Origin: Chloroflexota bacterium
GTDB lineage: Bacteria > Chloroflexota > Anaerolineae > UBA7937 > B3-Chlor
Assembly: GCA_030603665.1 (NCBI GenBank)
Contig: JAUVXJ010000013.1
Location: forward strand, 23,910 to 87,909
Length of the DNA: 64,000 bases
Reading direction: 5' to 3'
Shown here: piece by piece, positions 46,589 through 56,321 of the stretch
Layout of the letters: each line of letters starts with the position of its first letter
How positions within the stretch are numbered: position 1 is the first letter of the stretch
Notes under the pieces: model-generated
Told to the model about the DNA's origin: nothing
Databases searched by the model: none
What the model saw: the letters and a program-made list of their open reading frames with translations, nothing else
Program-made: the position numbers and the translations under genes

Positions 46589-46806
46589 CTCCGCCTCCGA
46601 TTGACCTCTGTGTAGTCCGTTGCTCGAGCTCTCTAACGCAGGTGGGAGAACTCCCAGCCCAGCCGCCCCTCCCGGCCACGCTCCGGACGCGTCCGCTTGA
46701 GTGGCGCCGCGCAGTACGGTAAGAATAGTCCAGGGCAAGGACAGATGCCACCGCGGCCCTCTCCCTGCGCGGCCTCACCCTCCTCCTCCGCCGCAGTCAC
46801 CGGCCC

Positions 46807-47874
46807 TCACATGCGCATCACTTCGGGACCAGAGGGGGTATCCCTCACCTGCCAGCCCAGCTCCGCGATGCGGTCTCGCAGTTCGTCGGAGGTGGCCCAA
46901 TCCCGCCGTTCGCGGGCCGCTTCACGCTCTGCCACCAAAGAGGCCACGTCTGGAGGAGGGTCGGAGGTCGGTTCTTCGTTTGACCCGCGATCAGCAGCGA
47001 GGACCTGCTCCCAGACATCCTGCGGTATCAACTCCTCGGGTGCTGGCAGCCGGAAAGGCCCCAACTCAGACACAGCGAACCTTTCCCCGGCCTGGTGTTG
47101 AGTCTCCTGGCCACTTCGGATCAGGGTGACGGCACCCTTCCCCATGACCTGGCATGCTCCGCTCTCCAGATCGATGATCAGCGCCGTGTGCTCGTCTATT
47201 CCGACCACCGTCACCTCACCAGGGAGCATAGCCACCAGTTCCTCAAAGCGGGCTCGCCCCATGAAACCACAGCAGGTGTCCAGCTCTGCCCCGCCTTCGG
47301 TGTTGTCCCAGTGAGACACGATGGCCAGTAAGAGGCCGTACGCCCCGAAGAGATCCAGCCCCTCGGTCCAATGCAGGTCAGCCCCCACCTTGTAGATCTC
47401 ATACACGGGAAGGGTGTGCGAGCCGCTGGCGATGGCCGCGGCGCTGCCCATAACCATCGCTGCTCCCAGTCGGTGCCGGGCCACCATCAGGCGCCAGGCC
47501 AGGCTGTTCTCCAGCTGTCGCACGGCGTAGCTGGGGCTTCCTGGTCCCCAGAAGATGTAGTTGGCATGGAGAAGAGGTGCCACTATCTCCGGTTCGTCGG
47601 GACTGAACGGAGTGCCCCGCTTGCGGGCAGGAATCACCGTCACCTGAGGATCGTAGTTCTGAAGGCTATGGCTCACGAACTCCGCCATCTTGCGGGCCAC
47701 CACATCTGAGTTAGGCTGAAAACCCGCCGGCGTCTCGAGGATCGCCATTCTGATGGGAAGCGACAGCTGGCGCATCACCCAGTCGTGAACCTTTCGGCCG
47801 CTGGGCGCGATCTCTCCCGATCCGAAGAGGACCACCAGTCCCGGTGGCCTGACGCCTTGATCTAGGTTGGTCAC
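46807..47874 (-). CDS. Type-1 glutamine-amidotransferase-like / S51-peptidase-like protein with a C-terminal CysRS-C-terminal-like (DALR-2-like) tail
   Basis: GSAAA lies around a putative nucleophile Ser. The C-terminal DWATSDELRDRIAELGWQVRDTPSGPEV resembles the CysRS C-terminal motif. Confidence 0.4.
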   Translation of the reverse strand: MTNLDQGVRPPGLVVLFGSGEIAPSGRKVHDWVMRQLSLPIRMAILETPAGFQPNSDVVARKMAEFVSHSLQNYDPQVTVIPARKRGTPFSPDEPEIVAPLLHANYIFWGPGSPSYAVRQLENSLAWRLMVARHRLGAAMVMGSAAAIASGSHTLPVYEIYKVGADLHWTEGLDLFGAYGLLLAIVSHWDNTEGGAELDTCCGFMGRARFEELVAMLPGEVTVVGIDEHTALIIDLESGACQVMGKGAVTLIRSGQETQHQAGERFAVSELGPFRLPAPEELIPQDVWEQVLAADRGSNEEPTSDPPPDVASLVAEREAARERRDWATSDELRDRIAELGWQVRDTPSGPEVMRM

Positions 47875-48259
47875 AGATTGAGACTCCCCTCTACTCCGTT
47901 TCTCTCAGGACGCGGGGATGATTCGCTCTCCCAGCTCCACATGTCACGGCACTTCGCTAAGGTGCTGCGCCATGCGTGAGTGCCGTCGCTCTGTTTGCAG
48001 GTGTGGAGTCAACCTCCAGCCAAACGGCCGGTGTGATTCTAGCACCTGGACTACGTGTCGGCAAACCGGAGAGGCGCCGCACTATCCAAGATGAGCGCTC
48101 TCTATCTACAGCGTGGCCGCAGCAGATGCCTGTCGCCCACTGTCGAAGGGTGCAGCGGATCGCGGCTACAAGGGGCCTCCCCTCTCCTCAAGCCCTCAAG
48201 AGATATGCCCTAGCCGAGACGTTGCTCGGACCCTCCAGTGTTGAGGGAAGTGAAAGCTA

Positions 48260-49261
48260 TCACTCACCCTGTGATTCGAAGCCCACGCTGGTCTGAGGTT
48301 GGTCATTCACTTCGAGGCGGAACACGTCGGGTCGCGAGTAGTGCCCGTCCGTGTCCAGGAGCATCTGCCCCTCGGTTACGCGGTCCAGGTCCAGCTCGGC
48401 GCAGATGATGCCTGGTTCTTCGAACACTGGCTCCACGACATACCTGTAGTCGGGGCCGATGACGGCGCTGCCCCCCTTCATCAGCAGGTCCTCGTCCTCA
48501 CCAGGTAGAGCTTCTAGCAGCTCGAGGGCCTGGGTGTCCTTCTCCCCCAGCGAATGGAAACCCTCGATGACATCTCCCTTGGTCAGCACGCAACCCGCGG
48601 CGATGACGAAGCACTGACCCTCAAAGGCGTAGTGCCTGCTGGCTAGCTGGTGCAACCCTCTCACCCAGGGCCATTGGGCGATGTGGATCGTCTCCTTCTT
48701 GGCATGCATGGCCGCCCGGGCCAAGGGCATCCAGTGCTCCCAGCAGATCAATCCTCCGAGGTTGCCCCACTCGGTCTCCAGCACGCTGAGTGTGCTGCCG
48801 TCGCCGCGACCCCAGACCAACCGCTCGGTGTAAGTGGGGACGAGCTTGCGATGGACCTTGAACTGTTCACCGTCCTTGTGGATGAAGATCATGGTGTTGT
48901 AGAGCGTGCCGCCCAGTCGCTCGTGAGCGCCCATAACCACGTAGGTACTTGTCGTGCGAGCGACCTCCATGAGCGTGTCCAGGTGCTTGCCGGGTAGAGT
49001 GATGGAATTGTCGGCCAGCAGCCGGTAGAGGGCCTTGGCCGCAGGGTGACCCCACAGCGCAGCTTCGGGCGACGAGTCGATCCACACGGGATAGCCCGGC
49101 AGCCAGGTCTCGGGGAAGACCACAAGGTCCGCTTCCTGCCCCATTGCAGCCCCCACGATCAAGGAGCATGCCTTCTCGACGCTGGCATCGAGATTGAGGA
49201 AGACAGGCGGATGCTGGATGACCGCCGCCTTCGCCAACGATGCCGTGATCGCTTCACTCAT
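48260..49261 (-). CDS. Nitrilase / cyanide hydratase family carbon-nitrogen hydrolase
   Basis: The catalytic Glu (FPETW), Lys and Cys (LICWEHWMP) contexts are present. The start is taken at MSEAITAS. Confidence 0.75.
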   Translation of the reverse strand: MSEAITASLAKAAVIQHPPVFLNLDASVEKACSLIVGAAMGQEADLVVFPETWLPGYPVWIDSSPEAALWGHPAAKALYRLLADNSITLPGKHLDTLMEVARTTSTYVVMGAHERLGGTLYNTMIFIHKDGEQFKVHRKLVPTYTERLVWGRGDGSTLSVLETEWGNLGGLICWEHWMPLARAAMHAKKETIHIAQWPWVRGLHQLASRHYAFEGQCFVIAAGCVLTKGDVIEGFHSLGEKDTQALELLEALPGEDEDLLMKGGSAVIGPDYRYVVEPVFEEPGIICAELDLDRVTEGQMLLDTDGHYSRPDVFRLEVNDQPQTSVGFESQGE

Positions 49262-49377
49262 GGTTCGCCTCCAACCTTCCAGGATGTGGCCGCCTGACGC
49301 CCCTCGTCTCGGCAACCGTGTCCATTCCGAAACCGATGATGTAGGACGAGCTTGAGCTCGTCCTACGGGTGGCCGCC

Positions 49378-49770
49378 CTATGCATTCCGCAAACGATACG
49401 GCACCCCGAAGAAGGTCTTCCCACCGATAATCTCCTCAATGGCTAGCCTATTCTGATGCGTGGCGTAGCTGATGATGATGTCCGCCCTACCAGGGCACGT
49501 CCAGGCATCCACCTCCACGAAGATGAATCCAGGGTTGACGTCCTCTATCGCCTCCAGCACATCCTGGTGCACGTCGAGAATCCGGTTGACCTCCTCAGAG
49601 GTGGGGAGTTCCTCACAGGGTAGGAAGTGATCATAGTTGTCCAGCACTATGTCGTTGTAGAGTCTCCCCAACAGGCTGCCTCTGACCACGGACACCACTG
49701 CCCCACAGCACAGGGTCGCGGCGAGCACGAATACAAGACGAACGGCTCTCCCCGTTTTCCAACTGCTCAT
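49378..49770 (-). CDS. Small secreted/membrane hypothetical protein
   Basis: It has an N-terminal hydrophobic segment (VRLVFVLAATLCCGAVVSV) and is 130 aa. Confidence 0.35.
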   Translation of the reverse strand: MSSWKTGRAVRLVFVLAATLCCGAVVSVVRGSLLGRLYNDIVLDNYDHFLPCEELPTSEEVNRILDVHQDVLEAIEDVNPGFIFVEVDAWTCPGRADIIISYATHQNRLAIEEIIGGKTFFGVPYRLRNA

Positions 49771-49866
49771 GGTAGGTCTCCCTACTCCTTGGGCCGCCGC
49801 TCCCTGATGGCCCGGCACCACGGGACAACGAGCCCAGCACGTGTGGGCCGGGTCGCTCAGCTGAGA

Positions 49867-50178
49867 CTAAGACAGACGAGCCCCTTGGAGAGCGAGGGAT
49901 GCCTGAAGTTCCGATCGGTCAATCTCCCTGGGCGTCACACCCTGCGCCACCGCCATCGCTGCCGCGGTTCCAGCTGCCTGTCCCGTGGCCAGACAGGGCG
50001 GGATGAGCCTCACGCAGCTATGCACCACAGTGTCAAGGGAGATACACCGTCCCGCGGCGATGGCTGCCGCCAGGCCCGCAGGTCCTCCTCCCACCACGAG
50101 CACATCGGTTCGGTCCAGTACAGGAATCTCGCGCGTTTGCTCCAAGACGGTTTCCCCGTGCTTCTCTGGCCGTTTCAA
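49867..50178 (-). pseudogene. FAD-dependent oxidoreductase (FAD_oxidored family) remnant with an in-frame internal deletion of about 330 codons
   Basis: The N-terminal Rossmann motif DVLVVGGGPAGLAAAIAAGR is joined directly to the family's C-terminal segment CISLDTVVHSCVRLIPPCLATGQAAGTAAAMAVAQGVTPREIDRSELQ. Confidence 0.6.
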
Positions 50179-50391
50179 ACCCTGCCTCCTTGTCTATCGG
50201 AGCGTTACATGAGCGGACTTCGCCCCGATTGCCTGGATTGTACCGCCACGCGCGGCCAAAGGCAAGGCCTATGGCGGATGCAGACAGCCCGTTGACAAGA
50301 TGGTCCAAGCCGCGTATAATGACAGGGAACGAACTCGGCACAGCGTATGTGTCCCCTCACGCTCGCCGCCACGAGCCAACTAACAGCCGCC

Positions 50392-50850
50392 ATGAACATC
50401 CTAGTCATCTACGATTCCACGTACGGCACTACTGAGCAACTCGCCCAGGCCATTCTCGACGCACTGGGGGAACGCGCCTCTGTTCGGCTGATCAGGGTCA
50501 ACAAGGTGCAGCACTCTGACCTGGAGAATGTCGACCTGCTGGTACTCGGTTGCCCTACTCACAAGCGGAAGCCAACGCACGCAGTGCAGGCCTTTCTGGA
50601 TTGCGTCTCCAAGAGGTCTCTGGACGGCATCTCCGCAGCCGTCTTCGACACACGATACCGCAAACCACGGCTCCTCACCGGATCCGCGGCCGCGCGGGTG
50701 GCGAAGAGCCTTCGCAAAGCCGGAGCGGATGTGGAAGCTCCGGCTGAGAGCTTCTTCGTGGCGTCCAGGGAAGGTCCTCTGGAAGAGGGAGAGTCGGGCC
50801 GGGCGGCCGACTGGGCTCTACAGATCCTCCACACGTTGCAGGAATCCTAG
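50392..50850 (+). CDS. Flavodoxin-like protein
   Basis: The N-terminus MNILVIYDSTYGTTEQLAQAI and a second loop LLVLGCPTH are present. Confidence 0.65.
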   Translation: MNILVIYDSTYGTTEQLAQAILDALGERASVRLIRVNKVQHSDLENVDLLVLGCPTHKRKPTHAVQAFLDCVSKRSLDGISAAVFDTRYRKPRLLTGSAAARVAKSLRKAGADVEAPAESFFVASREGPLEEGESGRAADWALQILHTLQES

Positions 50851-51166
50851 ACAGAGGGTTACTGCTTGACGTGTCCCATCCGCGCCACCACCGGCGCCCA
50901 CGGGCCTCACTGAGCAAGAAGAAGTGGCCCCATGAGCCCAAGAACCGTGCTCTCGTACGCCTAGCGGGTGCCGGTGTGTGGCCTGGCATTCTTGGCGGCC
51001 ACCATTCTCGGGAACATCCTGGCCGATTCTATGATCTACGCCTGGGTGATAGTGGTCCTGCTTTGGGGATCGCGCGAGCCGCGTTGGCCAGTCTGTGAGT
51101 AGCCACGTATAATCACAGCCGCCTCAAACGTAGCCCGGAGTTCAACCGTCGTTCGGAAGGTGTGCT

Positions 51167-52066
51167 ATGCCTCAAACCATACTCGAGACACGAAACCTGG
51201 TGAAGCGATACAACGGCTTCACAGCGGTGGATGACCTCTCCTTCGAGGTGTACGAAGGCGAGATCTTCGGCCTGCTGGGACCCAACGGGGCAGGGAAGAC
51301 CACCGCCATCCGCACCATCATGGACATCTTCAAACCTGACGAGGGCACGATAACCGTCCTGGGCGAGCCTCCGGGGGTGGTCCGCAGGCGGATCGGCTAC
51401 CTACCCGAGGAACGGGGTCTGTATCAGGACCTCAAGGTACTCGACGTCCTCGTGTACCTCGCCCAGTTGAAGGGCACCTCACGATCCACGGCGCGCGAGC
51501 AATCGCTGATCTGGCTCGACAAAGTGGAGCTGGGCGACTGGGCGAACAAGAAGGTGCAGGATCTCAGCCGCGGCATGCAGCAGAAACTCCAGTTTGTGGC
51601 CAGCGTGGTTCACGACCCGCAGCTGCTGATCCTCGACGAGCCGTTCCAGGGACTGGACCCCATCAATGTGGATCTGCTTAAAGGACTGATACGGGACCTG
51701 CGCAGCGAGGGCAAGACGGTGATGCTCAGCGCTCACCAGATGAACCTGGTGGAAGCCCTCTGCGATCGCATCCTGCTCATCGACGACGGCAAGGGCGTGC
51801 TCTACGGCGACCTGGCGGAGATCAAGCGCCGTCATGCACCTGGCACCGTGCGGCTCCGCACCTCTGATCCCCTGGTGGAGCTACCAGGTGTGATACGGGT
51901 AGAGCAGCGCGACGACACCTACACCCTCACTCTGGAAGGCGTCACAGCGCAGGATCTGCTCAGAGAGCTCTTGGAGAGAGATATCTCCGTTGGATCCTTC
52001 GAGGTAGCCACGGCACCTCTGGAGGACATCTTCATCGCCGTGGTCAAGGAGAGAGACGATGCGTAG
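51167..52066 (+). CDS. ABC transporter ATP-binding protein
   Basis: It has Walker A GPNGAGKTT, the signature LSRGMQQKL and Walker B LLILDEP. Confidence 0.85.
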   Translation: MPQTILETRNLVKRYNGFTAVDDLSFEVYEGEIFGLLGPNGAGKTTAIRTIMDIFKPDEGTITVLGEPPGVVRRRIGYLPEERGLYQDLKVLDVLVYLAQLKGTSRSTAREQSLIWLDKVELGDWANKKVQDLSRGMQQKLQFVASVVHDPQLLILDEPFQGLDPINVDLLKGLIRDLRSEGKTVMLSAHQMNLVEALCDRILLIDDGKGVLYGDLAEIKRRHAPGTVRLRTSDPLVELPGVIRVEQRDDTYTLTLEGVTAQDLLRELLERDISVGSFEVATAPLEDIFIAVVKERDDA

Positions 52067-53294
52067 AGTGCTCATCGTCGCACGCCACGAGTACCTGGTC
52101 AACGTGCGCCGGGTCGGCTTCATTGTCATGACACTTCTGGTCCCCTTGATCGGAGCATTGGGCCTCTTCGTGGCCGCCTTCTTCGGCGGCCAGGCGGCCT
52201 CCCTCTTGGCCAGCACCTTCACCCCCGAGGAGGGGAACATCGGCGTGGTGGACCAGATGGGGGCCTTCACCCCTCTCCTGTCGGAGTATGAGGAACGGAT
52301 CAGCCTCTACCTGGATGAAGAACAAGGGCGCGCCGCCGTCCGGGAGGAGAAGATCACCACGCTGCTGGTCATCCCTGAGGACTATATTGAGACCGGGAAG
52401 GTGATCATCATCAGCAAGGAGGGAGGCTTCGGCTCCGCGATCCTGGAGGAGTCCGACACCTTGCGGGCCTTTTTCGTGGATCACCTTCTCCGGGATGAGG
52501 TCGACCCTGCGCTCAGACAGCGTCTGGCCAATCCCATCGAGCCCGTGGTGGTCAGTCTGGAGCAGGAAGGGGAACCCGAGGGAGGACCGCTGAGCATCAT
52601 CCTCAACATGATGGTGCCCTATTTCCTGGGCATGCTCCTGGTGATGACCATCTTCGTCTCGTCGGGCTACCTGCTGCAGGGGGTGGCCAAGGAGAAGACG
52701 AGCCGGGTGATAGAGATCCTCCTCTCCTCTGTGACCGCTCGTGAGCTTCTGGCGGGCAAAGTCCTGGGGCTGGGAGCGCTGGGCCTCACCCAGATATCCA
52801 TCTGGCTGGCTTCCTCCGTTGTCCTGAGCGGTGGCAGCGCGGGCCTCCTGGGCATATCCCTGCCATTCATGGTGCGACCTCAGGTGCTGATTCTGGGGGT
52901 GGTCTACTACGTTCTCGGTTTTCTGGTCTACGCCGTCTTGATGGGAGGGGTCGGGGCGCTGGGCACCAACCAGCAGGAGTCTCAGCAATTGGCCGGCATC
53001 TTCTCCCTCATGGCCGCCATCCCACTTATGGTCAGTGGATTCATGTTCACCAACCCCAATATGACCTTTGTCCGGGTCCTGTCCTGGTTCCCGCTCACCG
53101 CTCCAACCATGATGCTGCTCCGGATGCCCATGGCTGAAGTGCCCATGGTAGACGTTGTGGGTAGCATCGTGATGCTCATCATCTCCATCCCCATCATACT
53201 GTGGGCAGGCAGCAAGCTCTTCCGCATGGGCCTGCTGATGTATGGGAAGCGACCCAGTCTGAGGCAGATCGCCAGGGCCCTTCGGCAGGCCTAG
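52059..53294 (+). CDS. ABC-2 family transporter permease
   Basis: It has an 8-bp overlap with the ATPase gene and 6 TM helices, with a large first extracytoplasmic loop. Confidence 0.7.
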   Translation: MRRVLIVARHEYLVNVRRVGFIVMTLLVPLIGALGLFVAAFFGGQAASLLASTFTPEEGNIGVVDQMGAFTPLLSEYEERISLYLDEEQGRAAVREEKITTLLVIPEDYIETGKVIIISKEGGFGSAILEESDTLRAFFVDHLLRDEVDPALRQRLANPIEPVVVSLEQEGEPEGGPLSIILNMMVPYFLGMLLVMTIFVSSGYLLQGVAKEKTSRVIEILLSSVTARELLAGKVLGLGALGLTQISIWLASSVVLSGGSAGLLGISLPFMVRPQVLILGVVYYVLGFLVYAVLMGGVGALGTNQQESQQLAGIFSLMAAIPLMVSGFMFTNPNMTFVRVLSWFPLTAPTMMLLRMPMAEVPMVDVVGSIVMLIISIPIILWAGSKLFRMGLLMYGKRPSLRQIARALRQA

Positions 53295-53456
53295 CAGAAG
53301 CTCAAGAATCGCCGATTCACTGCGTAGGCCACCGAAGTGGCATCAGTCAGTGAGACACTCGCCAGCTCACTACCGCGCAGGCCGCACCTTCCGACACCAT
53401 TCAGTATTGGGATAGCAGACAGCACGACCACTGACGAAGAGGAGGGTACACTCACT

Positions 53457-54617
53457 ATGACAGTCACTCTCATCGAGGAGATTCCCCTGGGCGATGATCG
53501 CCTGCGCGAATTCGTGGAGCTGCCCTGGCGCCTGTACAAGGGCGATCCCTTCTGGACCCCACCTCTCAGGTCGGAGTACCTGGGTAGCAGGCTGCTGGGC
53601 ACACCCGGGCTGCTGACCTCCAGACACCCCTACCACCAGCACGCAGAGGTCACCCACTTTCTGGCCAGAAGAGGTTCACAAGTCGTGGGTCGCATCTCAG
53701 CGGCCGTCAACCACCGCTTCAATGAATACCATAACACAAAGATCGGATTCTTCGGATTCTTCGAAACGGTCGAGGACTTCGAGGTGGCCCGCAGTCTGCT
53801 GGATGCTGCCCGAGACTGGGTGGAGAAGCGGGGCATGAAGGTGCTGCGCGGCCCTGGGGAGTACTCCAACGCCACCCACGAACGTCAGGGTGTGCTGGTC
53901 CACGGCTTCGACACTCCGCCCACGGTGGAATTGACCCACAATCCGCCCTATTACGGCGATCTACTGGAGCAGTATGGATTTCGCAAGGCCAAGGACTACT
54001 ACGCCTACATGGCAGAGGACTTCAGGGCCGAGAACGCCTCCCGGCTGGCTCGCCTGTCGGAGCGCGTTCGAAAGCGGTACGGCATCACCACCCGTGTGGT
54101 CGATCTCGACTCGCTGGACGAGGAGATTCAGATCCTGGTCAGTATCTACAATGAAGCGTGGGCGCGGAATTGGGGCTTCCTGCCTCTGACGGATGAGGAC
54201 GCTTCCGCCCTGGCGGAGACCCTGCGCCCCGTGCTCATACCAGAGCTGCTACGTTTCGCCTTCGTGAAGGGGGAACCAGCCGCGGTGGTGGGTGCCCTAC
54301 CCGACCTCTACGTTCCCCTGAGACCTCGCTGGCGCTGGCCCCTGGACACGGATCTGGTGCGCACCCTGCGTGTGCTGCGGCAGCGAAGGCGCATCCCCAG
54401 GCTGCGCATCATGTTCATGGGTACGCGGCCGGAATTCAGGCAAATGGGAGCAGACGCCGTCCTGTTCCACGAACTGTACACCGCTGCCGCGCCCATGGGC
54501 TTCACCATGGCGGAGGGGTCCATGATGCTGGAGGACAACGAGGACGTCACCAGGCTCACCAGCGCCATTGGCTTCCACCACTACAAGACCTGGCGCATCT
54601 ACGACCTGAATCTCTGA
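53457..54617 (+). CDS. GNAT-like N-acyltransferase family protein
   Basis: It has a two-lobed GNAT-like fold signature (FGFFETVED..., RQMGADAVLF). Confidence 0.5.
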   Translation: MTVTLIEEIPLGDDRLREFVELPWRLYKGDPFWTPPLRSEYLGSRLLGTPGLLTSRHPYHQHAEVTHFLARRGSQVVGRISAAVNHRFNEYHNTKIGFFGFFETVEDFEVARSLLDAARDWVEKRGMKVLRGPGEYSNATHERQGVLVHGFDTPPTVELTHNPPYYGDLLEQYGFRKAKDYYAYMAEDFRAENASRLARLSERVRKRYGITTRVVDLDSLDEEIQILVSIYNEAWARNWGFLPLTDEDASALAETLRPVLIPELLRFAFVKGEPAAVVGALPDLYVPLRPRWRWPLDTDLVRTLRVLRQRRRIPRLRIMFMGTRPEFRQMGADAVLFHELYTAAAPMGFTMAEGSMMLEDNEDVTRLTSAIGFHHYKTWRIYDLNL

Positions 54618-54677
54618 AAGCCAACACCGCCTCAGTCGCCCGGCTGTAAGAGGAACGCCGATCGCAGATCTGCTCCG

Positions 54678-56192
54678 CTACGCGTTTTGGGCGCCAGCAG
54701 ACCGCCCTCGCCAGATCAAGTATCCGGCGTAGGCCAATGGCGCCCCAAAGATCAGCGACACCGCGACCAAAGTCACGCCCATTGAGTTGCCCCACATCAT
54801 GAGAGGGAAGAACCACATCAGCAAGAAGATGTAGACCACGTAGTTCCACGTCGCTGTGTAGGAGAACAGCATGGTCAATCTAGCTATTCCGACAGAAGGT
54901 ATCACCGCCCCCAGCGCCACCAGCCAGACCACATACCAGGGCTGCCACCATAGCACCGCGAAACTCAGGAAGACGAACACCGTCCAGTAGAGACTCATGA
55001 GCAGCGAGTGCATCCCTCTCTTCAGTCTGACAATCTGCCAGACGTAGAACAGGCCAAATAGACCCAACGCCGCGTACCGCACCGAACTCTGCACCAGCTC
55101 CGCGCCCTCCACCCACCGTCGCACGGCCAGCATGGCCAGCGTCGCGAACGACGACGTGAACATGTTTTGCCGTTCCAGCCAGCCCAACGAGGCCCTGCCT
55201 TCCCACAAAGGCGCATGAAGTAGGAGCACCAGGGCTACGGTCAATCCCAACCCCAGCGCCATGACGCGCAATCTGCTACGCTTCCCCGAGAGTGCCCGCC
55301 ATCCGGCAACGACGAACAAGGGGACTACGATCACCGTAGGCATCTTCACCAGACAGGAAAGCGTGGCCACAGGGATGGCCAAGGCGAAGCGCCCCCGCGC
55401 AAAGAGGAGCAACGCCAGCAGAATGAAGGACACCACCAGTCCATCGTGGTGGCCGCCCGCTGCGCTCTCGAACAGCACCAGGGGGTTCCAGGCGTAGAGT
55501 ACCGCGCCCGCCAGCGCATAGGAGGGTCGCCAGCGAGCCAGGAGGGCATAGATCAGTCCTGAGTTCAGCAGATGTACGGCCAGAGCCAAGCCCTTGAACA
55601 GCAGTAGATAGGTCAGCAGGCTGGATCCGCTGAGCATGCCGATGGCTGCCGACAGGTAGGTCCATACAGGACCATACGGGGAGGTGATGTGGGGCCAGGC
55701 CGAATACCACATCAAAGGATCGCCCAGGAAGTCCGCCGGCCGGTACAGATGAGGATTGACCCCGTGATGGACCGTGATCCTCGCGTAGGCGATGTACTCG
55801 AAGATGTCGACAGCGGTGATAGGATATACCAGGACCAGAGCCAGGCCGCACAGGAAGGCAAACAGCAGTACCAGCAGCAGGCCAAACCAGGAAGACCGCC
55901 CGCGGCACAACACGTACGCCGCGTAAGCGAGGGCAAAGAGCACCAAGAAGACGAGGACAAAATCGCGGGCCGCATCGTGGCTGTAGCTCGTCACCTTCCC
56001 CAGATCGAGGAGAGGCACATCGTACAGCCTGAGTAGTGGGTATGGCCTGAGGAAGTACCTGAGATACAGTAGTTGCGAGAGGAGCCCCAGAATGATGAGG
56101 CACAACCAGTGCAGATTGGACGTGCACACAGCCGCAAAGCGTGCAGGCAACTCGCTCAGAGGTATGCCGGTACTCGCTCCAGAATCGTGCAC
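54678..56192 (-). CDS. Polytopic membrane protein, probable GT-C-fold glycosyltransferase (DUF2029 / PMT_2-like)
   Basis: It has about 12 or more TM helices and the loop motif ITAVDIFEYIAYARITVHHGVNPH early in the protein. Confidence 0.45.
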   Translation of the reverse strand: MHDSGASTGIPLSELPARFAAVCTSNLHWLCLIILGLLSQLLYLRYFLRPYPLLRLYDVPLLDLGKVTSYSHDAARDFVLVFLVLFALAYAAYVLCRGRSSWFGLLLVLLFAFLCGLALVLVYPITAVDIFEYIAYARITVHHGVNPHLYRPADFLGDPLMWYSAWPHITSPYGPVWTYLSAAIGMLSGSSLLTYLLLFKGLALAVHLLNSGLIYALLARWRPSYALAGAVLYAWNPLVLFESAAGGHHDGLVVSFILLALLLFARGRFALAIPVATLSCLVKMPTVIVVPLFVVAGWRALSGKRSRLRVMALGLGLTVALVLLLHAPLWEGRASLGWLERQNMFTSSFATLAMLAVRRWVEGAELVQSSVRYAALGLFGLFYVWQIVRLKRGMHSLLMSLYWTVFVFLSFAVLWWQPWYVVWLVALGAVIPSVGIARLTMLFSYTATWNYVVYIFLLMWFFPLMMWGNSMGVTLVAVSLIFGAPLAYAGYLIWRGRSAGAQNA

Positions 56193-56321
56193 AGGAGGAA
56201 CCGCAACCTTGTCCGATTAGCACTGTAGTGCGGCCCCGCCCCTGGTCAACGAACCGGAGCGGCGAGGCCACCATCCCCACACTTCACTGCGCGACGGCCT
56301 GGCACCGCGGGCAAGAGAATC

